Below, piece by piece: positions 56,773 through 64,000 of a stretch of DNA of 64,000 bases; position 1 is the stretch's first letter; each line of letters starts with the position of its first letter. Source of the DNA: Candidatus Woesebacteria bacterium (GTDB lineage Bacteria > Patescibacteriota > Saccharimonadia > Saccharimonadales > EFPC-124). The DNA lies in assembly GCA_050115675.1 (NCBI GenBank), contig JASFQB010000008.1, forward strand, positions 10,854 through 74,853, in the 5' to 3' direction. The position numbers and the translations under genes were made by a program. A model generated the notes under the pieces. That model made no database searches, was not told where the DNA came from, and saw nothing but the letters and a program-made list of their open reading frames with translations.

Positions 56773-57072
56773 TCAAAAAACAGCCGATACACCCAGTGCT
56801 TTTAGCTGTGGTTCGAGATATTCCAACTCACCGAAGATGGTTTCGACCTGTTTCGTGCTGGGGGTCACCAAAGAATGATTTTCAAAACCCTTGAGCCTAA
56901 AAAGCTCGTTCACCCCTGTCATTTGGCAGGGGTTTTGGGTTCCACTGGCGATTTCTGCGTAGGTTGGCAGACTGTTAAAGATTAGGCCAGAATACTCAGC
57001 TTTGGCTACTGGATTACTCTGGTGGAGGAGTAATTCTTTTGGTGTTCCATCAGGTATTTTATGTGTGTATGT
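56773..57072 (-). pseudogene. Start-less open frame (99 codons), probable frameshifted tail of the adjacent recombinase remnant
   Basis: Manual translation on the minus strand is stop-to-stop: TYTHKIPDGTPKELLLHQSNPVAKAEYSGLIFNSLPTYAEIASGTQNPCQMTGVNELFRLKGFENHSLVTPSTKQVETIFGELEYLEPQLKALGVSAVF. There is no start codon or RBS, and the frame differs from ORF 57059-57742. Confidence 0.4.
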
Positions 57073-57742
57073 CTAGCGGCCGGGATTCAGCTGCCTCTTG
57101 TTTTTGCTTTTCCATGGCGGCTATTTCTGTGTCGATTTTCACTAGCTCGTCCTCCATACATTTAATTGCTATCTCTGTAGTGAGTATTTTAATTTTATTA
57201 GCGATGGCGCTGGCCTGTGTGCGCAGTGACGCGATACGTTCATCGTGATTAACAAGCTTTCCTTGTTCTTCAGTTTGGCGGCGATCCCACTCGGCTACCA
57301 CAGCTTCCATAACGGTATTTATATATTCTGGCGTTAGCTGGAAGTTTTTAACAAATTCCTGCACCGTATTCTCCATTTTTTCTTTAGATATGCGGAAGTA
57401 ATGACCTTGTTTGCTGCAATGGTAAGCTGAATAATATTTGCCCAATTTGCTGCGATCAAGCCTGACGGGCATATAGTCCGCCACCTGTTTTATTTGGATA
57501 GCTTGATTGTAGGTGAAAATTGCCTGCATAAAAAACATAACTTTGCGTTTTGGAACGCGCATTGTAAACCGTACGCCGTCTGCGCAGGTAGAGACAATCT
57601 CCGGCGCAAAAATAATGGGACTAGGCAGCAGTTTTGCTGGCATTTTTCTACTTGCAAACAAACCGTATAAATTAACAAACAATTCCTGCGTGGCTTCTGG
57701 CGAGCGGCTAATTTGCGCTGGCGGCGTCAGCTCCAGCACCAC
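57059..57742 (-). pseudogene. Chimeric gene remnant: N-terminal fragment of a CPR-type secretion/HerA-VirB4-like ATPase fused to the zinc-ribbon/coiled-coil C-terminal part of a large serine recombinase
   Basis: aa 1-90 (VLELTPPAQISRSPEATQELFVNLYGL...IIFAPEIVSTCADGVRFTMRVP...) resemble the N-termini of CPR DUF87/HerA-type ATPases, from memory. aa ~95-227 (YYSAYHCSKQGHYFRISKEKMENTVQEF... then a heptad-rich segment) resemble the post-catalytic region of a recombinase. No catalytic serine domain is present. Confidence 0.4.
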
Positions 57743-57748
57743 ATAACC

Positions 57749-57886
57749 CTAGCCAAACAAACGCCGCAACCCCAAAAACTTCATCAGTAGCCACGCCACC
57801 AGAAAAATAGATGCAATCGCTCCTAGTAAAAAGCAAGTCCACGGTAAAATTTGCTCTAAACCATTCAGCCAATCGCCAGTGGACAT
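57749..57886 (-). CDS. 45-aa single-pass membrane peptide
   Basis: ATG at 57886 with AGAGGGGGG SD. MSTGDWLNGLEQILPWTCFLLGAIASIFLVAWLLMKFLGLRRLFG. It ends 7 nt before the next ORF. Confidence 0.4.
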   Translation of the reverse strand: MSTGDWLNGLEQILPWTCFLLGAIASIFLVAWLLMKFLGLRRLFG

Positions 57887-57959
57887 AACCCCCCTCTTTG
57901 CCCACCGGTTAAGTGTGTTTAGTTTCATGGTAGCGGGTTTGGAGTGGTTGAGCAAGGCA

Positions 57960-57987
57960 TTGTAATTTCTTGATAATATGCTATAAT
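57960..57987 (+). promoter_or_regulatory. Candidate AT-rich promoter upstream of the high-GC gene
   Basis: TTGTAA (57960-57965), 16-nt spacer, TATAAT (57982-57987), about 125 nt before the ATG at 58116. Confidence 0.4.
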
Positions 57988-58115
57988 GTAAACTGTCTTC
58001 GGCGTTGTCACTATGGTGAGGTTTAGAAAATACGTTTACCTCGGCTTGTGACTGCGCCAACAAGATGCTCAGCTAGTGCTCTGGACTGCAGTACTCGTAC
58101 ATCGGAGGGATCGCA

Positions 58116-59345
58116 ATGGGTACACTACGTAAAGAGCTGCCGGTCATCCGCATGGGTGAAATTCTGACCATGGCGCCTGAGAGCGACGTACTCAACGGTG
58201 ACGTGATCGCCCGGCTGGGAACAGCCTGGTCCGAGATTCCCGCTGCCGATATTGCCCAGCAGGGCGTGTTCGGTCTTGCTCGTAATCTCATGGTCGTACT
58301 CCCAGACAACGGTGGGTTCAGCAATGCGCTGCGCCTTAGGGTTGCTGAGGAGTTGGTGGCCTTGTTGAAGAGGTTCAACGTCGAGGAGTCGGTGCCACAG
58401 CAGACCGTGACAACCGTTCGGGTCGAACGAAACTTCAGTGAGATGTCGCTCCGACAACTACTGGAAACGATCGTGATCGACCCGTCCTTGTACCGCGAGG
58501 CGCTCCGCCACATCAAGGCTCACCCAGAGCTGCGGAACGCGGCGCGCAAGACCTACAAGTGGGTCGTCCCGGTCAACTCGGACGGCACTGGCATCGACGT
58601 TGACGCTACCATGCAGTACGTGCTGGAGCTTGACAAGCCCCACGCCGTACCGCAGCGGAGGGTGACCGGTCATCGCCGACCGGTCTGGCTCGGACGCGCC
58701 ATGGGCGCGAACGACCTGCCGCTGGTGCACGTCATCACCGGAAGACTGACACAGGGGCCAGACGAGAACGGGTTCGACTGGTCGACCCGACCCAAGGAGC
58801 TTCTCGAAGCGATCCTCTGGGCCAGGAAGACCAGACACTCCCAGCTACCCGACCTCCAGTCGGACGTCTACGGGTGGAGCGAGCAGCTCTTCTGTGATCC
58901 GCTGCCAAGGCGCTTCCAAGACATCCTGGGCGATTACCTGGACGCCAAGGAGTCGCGGGTCAGCACGACCGACGGCATCCGTGCCGACTGGCCGGAGGAC
59001 CTGCCGTTCGACAGCGCGTTCACGTTCGTCGTCACGGTCAAGGCCGCGGCGGTCGACTACGAGGCGCTGGTGTGCGAAGCTGCCAATCTGGTGGCTCCGC
59101 TCCACGCCTCGGGCATGGGTACTTCGGTACGCGGCGGCGTCTACTCGACCATCAAGGTCTCTGGCATGAACGCCTACATCGACGGCGTGATCGTCATCAA
59201 CGGCGGCCAGGTCAGCGGAATGAGCGTGTCCGGTACGGTATACATGCCGCCCGGCAGGAGTCTCCGCGTCAGTGGGATGAACGCAAACGTCCGGGTCATC
59301 AACCAGACCTGGAGGCAGCTCGCCGAACGGCTCGGTCTGGTCTGA
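58116..59345 (+). CDS. 409-aa protein of unknown family encoded in a >60% GC island; C-terminal V-S-G-M repeat region
   Basis: This is the only frame spanning the whole island. GGAGGG (58104-58109) lies 6 nt before the ATG. Codon third positions show strong G/C bias. The C-terminus carries repeats: KVSGMNAYIDG..QVSGMSVSG..RVSGMNANVRV. Confidence 0.7.
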   Translation: MGTLRKELPVIRMGEILTMAPESDVLNGDVIARLGTAWSEIPAADIAQQGVFGLARNLMVVLPDNGGFSNALRLRVAEELVALLKRFNVEESVPQQTVTTVRVERNFSEMSLRQLLETIVIDPSLYREALRHIKAHPELRNAARKTYKWVVPVNSDGTGIDVDATMQYVLELDKPHAVPQRRVTGHRRPVWLGRAMGANDLPLVHVITGRLTQGPDENGFDWSTRPKELLEAILWARKTRHSQLPDLQSDVYGWSEQLFCDPLPRRFQDILGDYLDAKESRVSTTDGIRADWPEDLPFDSAFTFVVTVKAAAVDYEALVCEAANLVAPLHASGMGTSVRGGVYSTIKVSGMNAYIDGVIVINGGQVSGMSVSGTVYMPPGRSLRVSGMNANVRVINQTWRQLAERLGLV

Positions 59346-59416
59346 CCAGGCCATTCAACCACAAATGCGACTAGCTTAATCTAAGCTGGTCGAAGTCCGA
59401 AAATTCTTTCGGGCCA

Positions 59417-59486
59417 CGGCAGGTGATCCCTGCATCCATACCGTTCACCACAAGTGAACAGTGTATAGGATGTATATCACCTGCCG
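59417..59486. repeat. 70-nt imperfect inverted repeat / long hairpin at the 3' edge of the high-GC island
   Basis: Outer 11-bp arms: CGGCAGGTGAT (59417-59427) pairs with ATCACCTGCCG (59476-59486). Inner stem: GTTCAC (59443-59448) pairs with GTGAAC (59454-59459). CATCCATA and TATAGGATG are near-complementary. Confidence 0.7.
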
Positions 59487-59604
59487 GCTACACCAGAATT
59501 ACGATATTATTCTTATAGGTTTTAATAAGGTTTGGTTTTTTGAGACAAAAAAGTTGATTCTGTATATACCTTCATTGTAAAATAATCCTGTCCTACTCAT
59601 AGCT

Positions 59605-60111
59605 ATGAATGGAGAGGCTGTGCTCAAAACAATTACGGCAGACGCACTTGCGATCGGCAGCGCCAAGAGAATCGCACTCGCTCAAGTTATCGCCGGACTA
59701 ATCGGAAGAATAGCACGATTGTCTGTTGTACAACAAGCTACTAGCCTTGCAAACTGTAGCAATAGATTAATCATGGACCAGCCCGGCACCTACCGGATGA
59801 CCTTAGAAGGAGTGGTTGTAGAGATTCATGACTTTTGCCATAGGCCTCAAAATGATGGCTGGACAGAAATACGACCGCTGGCGACACCCTTCGGACGCTG
59901 GCGCATCTGCCCTGGAACATGCAATGGTGGTGGCGATGTATTTATTCGTCAAACCGATCTTGACCGCCTTCTAACGGAATGTGACGCTACGGATCTTCCT
60001 AGTACAGACGCCCTAAACTATCCTGTACGCCAAAAGTACACACGGCTCAAAGCACTAAGACGCATTAACGACACAGCATTACCAGAAGCAATTGGCGTCT
60101 TTTTATGCTAA
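59605..60111 (+). CDS. Hypothetical protein
   Basis: 168-aa ORF with no clear SD and no family recognised. Confidence 0.45.
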   Translation: MNGEAVLKTITADALAIGSAKRIALAQVIAGLIGRIARLSVVQQATSLANCSNRLIMDQPGTYRMTLEGVVVEIHDFCHRPQNDGWTEIRPLATPFGRWRICPGTCNGGGDVFIRQTDLDRLLTECDATDLPSTDALNYPVRQKYTRLKALRRINDTALPEAIGVFLC

Positions 60112-60211
60112 ATTCAAAAGACTGGAATGGCTTAGACGTCTCTAAAATTACAAAAGATGAAATTGAAGAACTGCTATTATGTTCCGGCAATGAAGCCTGC
60201 AAAAGGACAAA

Positions 60212-60649
60212 ATGACTAAAACTTTAATCAACAGAGCAAAAGAACGTAAGCCATCAAAAACCTACATTGCCTTGTTTGTATTTTTTGCAGCAATGTTTGT
60301 TTGGCGTTTTTCGAACGTAGCTTGGTTTTCGCCAATATCTAGCCATTTGTCAAATTTTGCCATCACCGGACTAGCAATACTTATACTAATAGGGCCAAAA
60401 GATTTTAGCGCAAAATCAAAAAAAACAACACTATTTGGCATTGTATGCTTTTTTATTTCTATAAATATAATTGTAGAACTACTCAATATTGGCGACCTAA
60501 GCATAAACAACCAAGTTAACATTGAAAATATTAACACGGCCGATCTAGCAGACGCGATGTTTGGAATATTAGCCGCAATAATTGTGTGGACGAGTTATTA
60601 TAAATTTACGCTCCGGCACAAATCAAATAAACCAACTCAGCAATTTTAA
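60212..60649 (+). CDS. Hypothetical membrane protein (AT-rich)
   Basis: 145-aa ORF with 4 hydrophobic helices. Confidence 0.5.
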   Translation: MTKTLINRAKERKPSKTYIALFVFFAAMFVWRFSNVAWFSPISSHLSNFAITGLAILILIGPKDFSAKSKKTTLFGIVCFFISINIIVELLNIGDLSINNQVNIENINTADLADAMFGILAAIIVWTSYYKFTLRHKSNKPTQQF

Positions 60650-60687
60650 ACCCAGTGGCACTGCAATCGCGCCACTGAGCCATGCAG

Positions 60688-61110
60688 TTAATCTTCTGGT
60701 AAAGCGCCATTCAACCAATTCAGCAAATCTGACATCGTCGTATTGATGACCGCTTTAAACTCTTCAAATTCTGCCTTTGTTGCTTGATTCTTGCGCAAAA
60801 AAATGCCACGACGCTCCAACACAGCTACACCATAATCAATAGTTGCTTGATGAAACAAGTGACAAATAGTTGCGCATCTAGTAGCAGCAGGTAGAAACAC
60901 AAAAACAAGATCTGCGTTAAGATGATTAATACAATCAGTTACATCTTGCAGCGAATCCCTGCGCCTGTAGGTCGTTGACTCCAAAATCTCCTTGGCTCGG
61001 CTAAGATCATCGATCGCCTTTTTAATATACAACTTCACTCGTTCGCGCAAAGCCTCATCAGCTTCTACTTCGAGACCCACAAACAGTGCGTCAAATCCCT
61101 GCCGTGACAT
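60688..61110 (-). CDS. Hypothetical helical protein
   Basis: 140-aa ORF predicted all-alpha by eye. It contains RCATICH (an Rx5H spacing), which is too weak to call HEPN. Confidence 0.45.
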   Translation of the reverse strand: MSRQGFDALFVGLEVEADEALRERVKLYIKKAIDDLSRAKEILESTTYRRRDSLQDVTDCINHLNADLVFVFLPAATRCATICHLFHQATIDYGVAVLERRGIFLRKNQATKAEFEEFKAVINTTMSDLLNWLNGALPED

Positions 61111-61274
61111 TGATGCCTCCTTGAGTAGATTGTCAACCTCGCAATACTACCACAAAAACCGTCAAGTAACAAGACATCTGTCATTTGCATCACATAATAA
61201 TCCCGCCCTTTACATTAGCCTAGATCTAAAACAGCTTGCTAGTCAATTAGGCTAGTGCTAACATAAAGATTAAC

Positions 61275-62507
61275 ATGCAAAATATGCAACAGAACCAAAA
61301 CAAAAACAACATCATACTAAACACAAAGCAGCCAGGCTCTAAAAAAATAATTATCACGGTAATTATTGTAATATTATTAATTGCAGGCTTGATAATTGGC
61401 GGATACATATGGTGGCAAAGCACTCAAAAAAATAGCTCGAATAGCGCAAGCGAAGTTGATTCGGACACAAGCAGCCCAGTGTCTATTTCACAAAATATTT
61501 TAGATAACAAATTTGGCTTTTTGGGCGGGGGAGCAGAGGACAACGGCGAAGCTATCATCAATACTGGCGCAGGATGGGTTAGGCCCCATCCAGGTGCATT
61601 TGTTTGGGATATGATGCAACAGCAAAAAACCGATACAATAGATTTTACAGATTCCGATCAAGAAGTAAAAAACTTTCAAGCAGCCAAGCTTGGCACTCTG
61701 GCAACCATTTGGCCCTTTGCAGAATGGGACCAATTAACCTCCGCAGATTTAGTAAATTGCAAAGTGTCAGAAAACGACGAATTTTTACCAAACAACGACC
61801 AAAAGGATAGGGGAGCATACTTACCATTGCATCGTTGCAACCCACAAGACTGGCAGGCCTATCGAACCTGGGTTAAAGCCATCGTGGAGCGCTACGATGG
61901 AGATGGTACAAATGACATGCCTGGCTTAAAGCTGCCAATAAAATATTGGGAGGTCATGAACGAGCCAGATTTAACCTGGCAAAGCGACCTAGGTGAAGGC
62001 AGACTAACCTTTTACAAGCAAGGACCAACCGAATACAGCGAACTGCTTAAACAAACTTACACAGCCATAAAAGAAGCCGATCCAACTGCACAGGTACTAA
62101 TTGCCGGAGCAGCGGGCGGTGACCAGCAATTTATTGGATTTTACCAAAAAGTCTTTGCCGATACTCCTGACATTAAAGATTATTTTGATATTGGCAATGT
62201 TCATTGCATCTCTAATGACCAAGAGACACATGATTTTAATGTTGGAGTTTACAAAAACGCTATGATCAACGCAAAAATTGACAAGCCCATTTGGGTAACC
62301 GAAGCAGAGGCAATGTACGGACAATCGGCCGAAGAAAACTTCAACAGCACAAAAACCAGCACCGCCAATGCACTGGCAGCGGGAGCTCAAAAAATCTTTT
62401 ACACACGATATCACTTTGACGACATGCGCACTGACATGTCAGAAAAAACAAATAGCGGCAGCTACCCAAGCTCGCAAAAGTACAAAGAAATGTTTGAAAG
62501 TTTTTAA
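61275..62507 (+). CDS. Membrane-anchored TIM-barrel glycoside hydrolase-like protein (clan GH-A)
   Basis: TM helix. Candidate acid/base YWEVMNEPD and candidate nucleophile IWVTEAEA. Confidence 0.6.
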   Translation: MQNMQQNQNKNNIILNTKQPGSKKIIITVIIVILLIAGLIIGGYIWWQSTQKNSSNSASEVDSDTSSPVSISQNILDNKFGFLGGGAEDNGEAIINTGAGWVRPHPGAFVWDMMQQQKTDTIDFTDSDQEVKNFQAAKLGTLATIWPFAEWDQLTSADLVNCKVSENDEFLPNNDQKDRGAYLPLHRCNPQDWQAYRTWVKAIVERYDGDGTNDMPGLKLPIKYWEVMNEPDLTWQSDLGEGRLTFYKQGPTEYSELLKQTYTAIKEADPTAQVLIAGAAGGDQQFIGFYQKVFADTPDIKDYFDIGNVHCISNDQETHDFNVGVYKNAMINAKIDKPIWVTEAEAMYGQSAEENFNSTKTSTANALAAGAQKIFYTRYHFDDMRTDMSEKTNSGSYPSSQKYKEMFESF

Positions 62508-62508
62508 A

Positions 62509-62924
62509 ATGAACAGCACTTGGACATGCCCTAAATGCAACAGAATATTTAAACACAAAAACCAGATGCATAGTTGCCGCAAAATACCTATTGAGCAACA
62601 CTTTATAGATAAGAACCGCGCCAAAATATATTTAACGAGCTACTAAGCCAGCTAAACGACAATGTTGGCCGATGTAAGATAATTTCGCTCCCATGCTGCA
62701 TACATCTGTTTAGCAGCTATGATTTTTTAGCCGCATTGCCAAAAAAAGACTCGCTAGAAATTCGCTTTAATTTAAACAGAGCAATAGACGACCCGCAAAT
62801 AACACAGTCTGTAAAAATATCAAAAAACTCTTACAAAAACTGCCTCGAACTAACAGAAAAAAGTCAAATACAGCAAAAACTTTTATTTTGGCTAAAAGAA
62901 TCTTACCATCAAAAAGGGAAGTAA
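62509..62924 (+). pseudogene. DUF5655-like gene split by a single frameshift
   Basis: Frame 1 reads MNSTWTCPKCNRIFKHKNQMHSCRKIPIEQHFIDKNRAKI... to a stop at 62646. After shifting frame near 62625-62635 (AAAATATATTT), the reading continues FNELLSQLNDNVGRCKIISLP...ALPKKDSLEIRFNL...WLKESYHQKGK to 62924. Confidence 0.5.
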
Positions 62925-62934
62925 AGCCTAAAAG

Positions 62935-63180
62935 CTACTCTTTACCATTGCCACTGCACCGCGGGCAGGTAACTTTTTTGCTACCGTCACAATGAGGACA
63001 AACCATTTCGCCCTTACCTTTACAATGCTCGCAAGTGTCGTAGCCGCCATCTCCCTTTGGGACCTGGCCAGTTCCGCTACATTTTACGCACTCTACAGAG
63101 CCATTGCCATGACACTTTGGACAAGTTATCTCACCCTCGCCACCGCACATTGTACATTTGTTTGTTGCATTTTCTTCCAT
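62935..63180 (-). CDS. Stand-alone DnaJ-type cysteine-rich zinc-finger protein (six CxxC motifs)
   Basis: MEENATNKCTMCGGEGEITCPKCHGNGSVECVKCSGTGQV...CEHCKGKGEMVCPHCDGSKKVTCPRCSGNGKE has repeated CxxCxGxG motifs. I prefer the ATG at 63180, with TATAGT 7 nt upstream and TTGACC at -35. Confidence 0.7.
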   Translation of the reverse strand: MEENATNKCTMCGGEGEITCPKCHGNGSVECVKCSGTGQVPKGDGGYDTCEHCKGKGEMVCPHCDGSKKVTCPRCSGNGKE

Positions 63181-63303
63181 ATTTGCAACTATAAGCTTAA
63201 TAGAATAAATGGTCAAGACAACTAAAACCACATTCTGTGTTGATTCACTTTATCAACATTGTTAAGCTTAAAATAGATAATATTATTAACTATAGAGGAA
63301 ACC

Positions 63304-64000
63304 ATGCAGAACATAGATAACAATGAAACACCAAATGTCATCAAAAATTTACAACAAAACGACCCTGAGCTTAAGGCTCGGTTTGACACTAAACTAGAAA
63401 CAGTCGCCCACATACGAGGCAACATTTTTGGCTCGGCTGGCGCAAAAGCCATTTCTTCCAGGGCAACAATTAGCGCGACAGAAAGCAAAGTAAAGGACTT
63501 TGTCAGAGAGAATCGGGAGTTGTTTGGAGAAATAGACGCAAGCAACCTAGAGGCCATTCATGAGAGCACCGATCCTGATGGTAGTAAAAACATCGTCTTT
63601 CAGCAGTACCACGGCAGAGCCAGGGTAATTGGCGGAAGCGTACGCTTTAAAATCAAACCGTCAAACGAGCCAGACACCATCAGCAACAGATTATTCGACG
63701 ACATAACAGACCTCCCTAAAAGAGCCGCAAAATCTGCCGAAAATGCGGTTATAAAAGCCGAAAAAGCTACCGGCTGCAAGGCACAATCCGAAAAAACAGA
63801 ATTAGTAGTGTTCAGGAAAGGCAGCAAACCGCACCTAGCTTGGGAAGTTGAGCTTGTTGGCCCGATGAACGAAAAGCCAAGCTCCAGAAGCAAGCATTCT
63901 ATGCTGGCTGGCAATAGCGACTTACCAGAAGACTGGATTGTATACATAGATGCCATAAACGGCGAGGAGCTACTAAAATACAATCAAATTCAAACCGCAG
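63304..64000 (+). CDS. M4 (thermolysin-like) metallopeptidase, N-terminal propeptide region (3' end outside window)
   Basis: Manual translation from the ATG at 63304 (GAGGAA SD) stays open to the window end. FTP/PepSY-like propeptide pattern: ...VFQQYHGRARVIGGSVRF...ELVVFRKGSKPHLAWEVELV...DWIVYIDAINGEELLKYNQIQTA. Confidence 0.65.
   Translation, partial: MQNIDNNETPNVIKNLQQNDPELKARFDTKLETVAHIRGNIFGSAGAKAISSRATISATESKVKDFVRENRELFGEIDASNLEAIHESTDPDGSKNIVFQQYHGRARVIGGSVRFKIKPSNEPDTISNRLFDDITDLPKRAAKSAENAVIKAEKATGCKAQSEKTELVVFRKGSKPHLAWEVELVGPMNEKPSSRSKHSMLAGNSDLPEDWIVYIDAINGEELLKYNQIQTA

Noticed and set aside
58073-59374. Six additional long ORFs in other frames or on the other strand inside the high-GC island (for example 58845-59354 on the minus strand at 169 aa, and 58073-58516 on the minus strand at 147 aa).
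   Set aside because: High-GC DNA is poor in stop codons, so long overlapping ORFs are expected there. None of these spans the island or has an SD-led start. Third-position G/C bias fits only the plus frame 58116-59345.
63222-63983. ORFs 63222-63557 (111 aa) and 63600-63983 (127 aa) on the minus strand.
   Set aside because: They lie antisense to a much better-supported plus-strand frame: an M4 peptidase propeptide with an SD, open to the window end. Neither has recognisable features.

Overview
The window looks like a streamlined, gene-dense bacterial chromosome. GC is in the mid-40s % by eye, the standard genetic code is used, and TGA acts as a stop. Gene content and architecture fit a CPR/Patescibacteria (Saccharibacteria-like) organism; that taxonomic call is inference only.

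The core backbone includes:
- Central metabolism: gpmA, pgi, zwf.
- A complete F1Fo ATP synthase operon on the minus strand (atpB-E-F-H-A-G-D-C plus an AtpZ/I-like gene).
- Cell envelope: a class A penicillin-binding protein, two GT4 glycosyltransferases, a sortase, a PEGA protein, DUF4367-like and DUF3048 proteins, and two membrane-anchored clan GH-A-like hydrolases.
- Nucleic-acid and nucleotide functions: a UvrD/AddA-type helicase-nuclease, tRNA-dihydrouridine synthase, smpB, pyrH, xth and Nudix proteins.
- Two histidine kinases, each paired with a receiver-only response regulator.
- tRNA-Leu(CAA) and tRNA-Glu(CUC).

Accessory material is interspersed with this backbone:
1. A sharply bounded >60% GC single-gene island (58.07-59.4 kb) encodes an intact 409-aa protein of unknown family. 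It sits next to recombinase/secretion-ATPase gene wreckage. I read it as a candidate inter-phylum acquisition.
2. Directly downstream of tRNA-Glu lies a translationally coupled pair of histidyl-tRNA synthetase paralogs, one canonical and one with degenerate catalytic motifs. An MccF-like S66 peptidase follows them.
3. A canonical plus degenerate TerD tandem.
4. A nucleoside 2-deoxyribosyltransferase-like fusion protein between pgi and zwf.
5. A ~620-nt promoter-to-terminator non-coding unit with RNase P RNA-like motif order.
6. Many small GC-enriched orphan cassettes with strong Shine-Dalgarno sites. These contrast with housekeeping genes whose -10 boxes sit 6-9 nt from the ATG, which looks leaderless.

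I saw no CRISPR array, rRNA or intact transposase/integrase. All functional calls rest on motif recognition by eye; no database search was possible.
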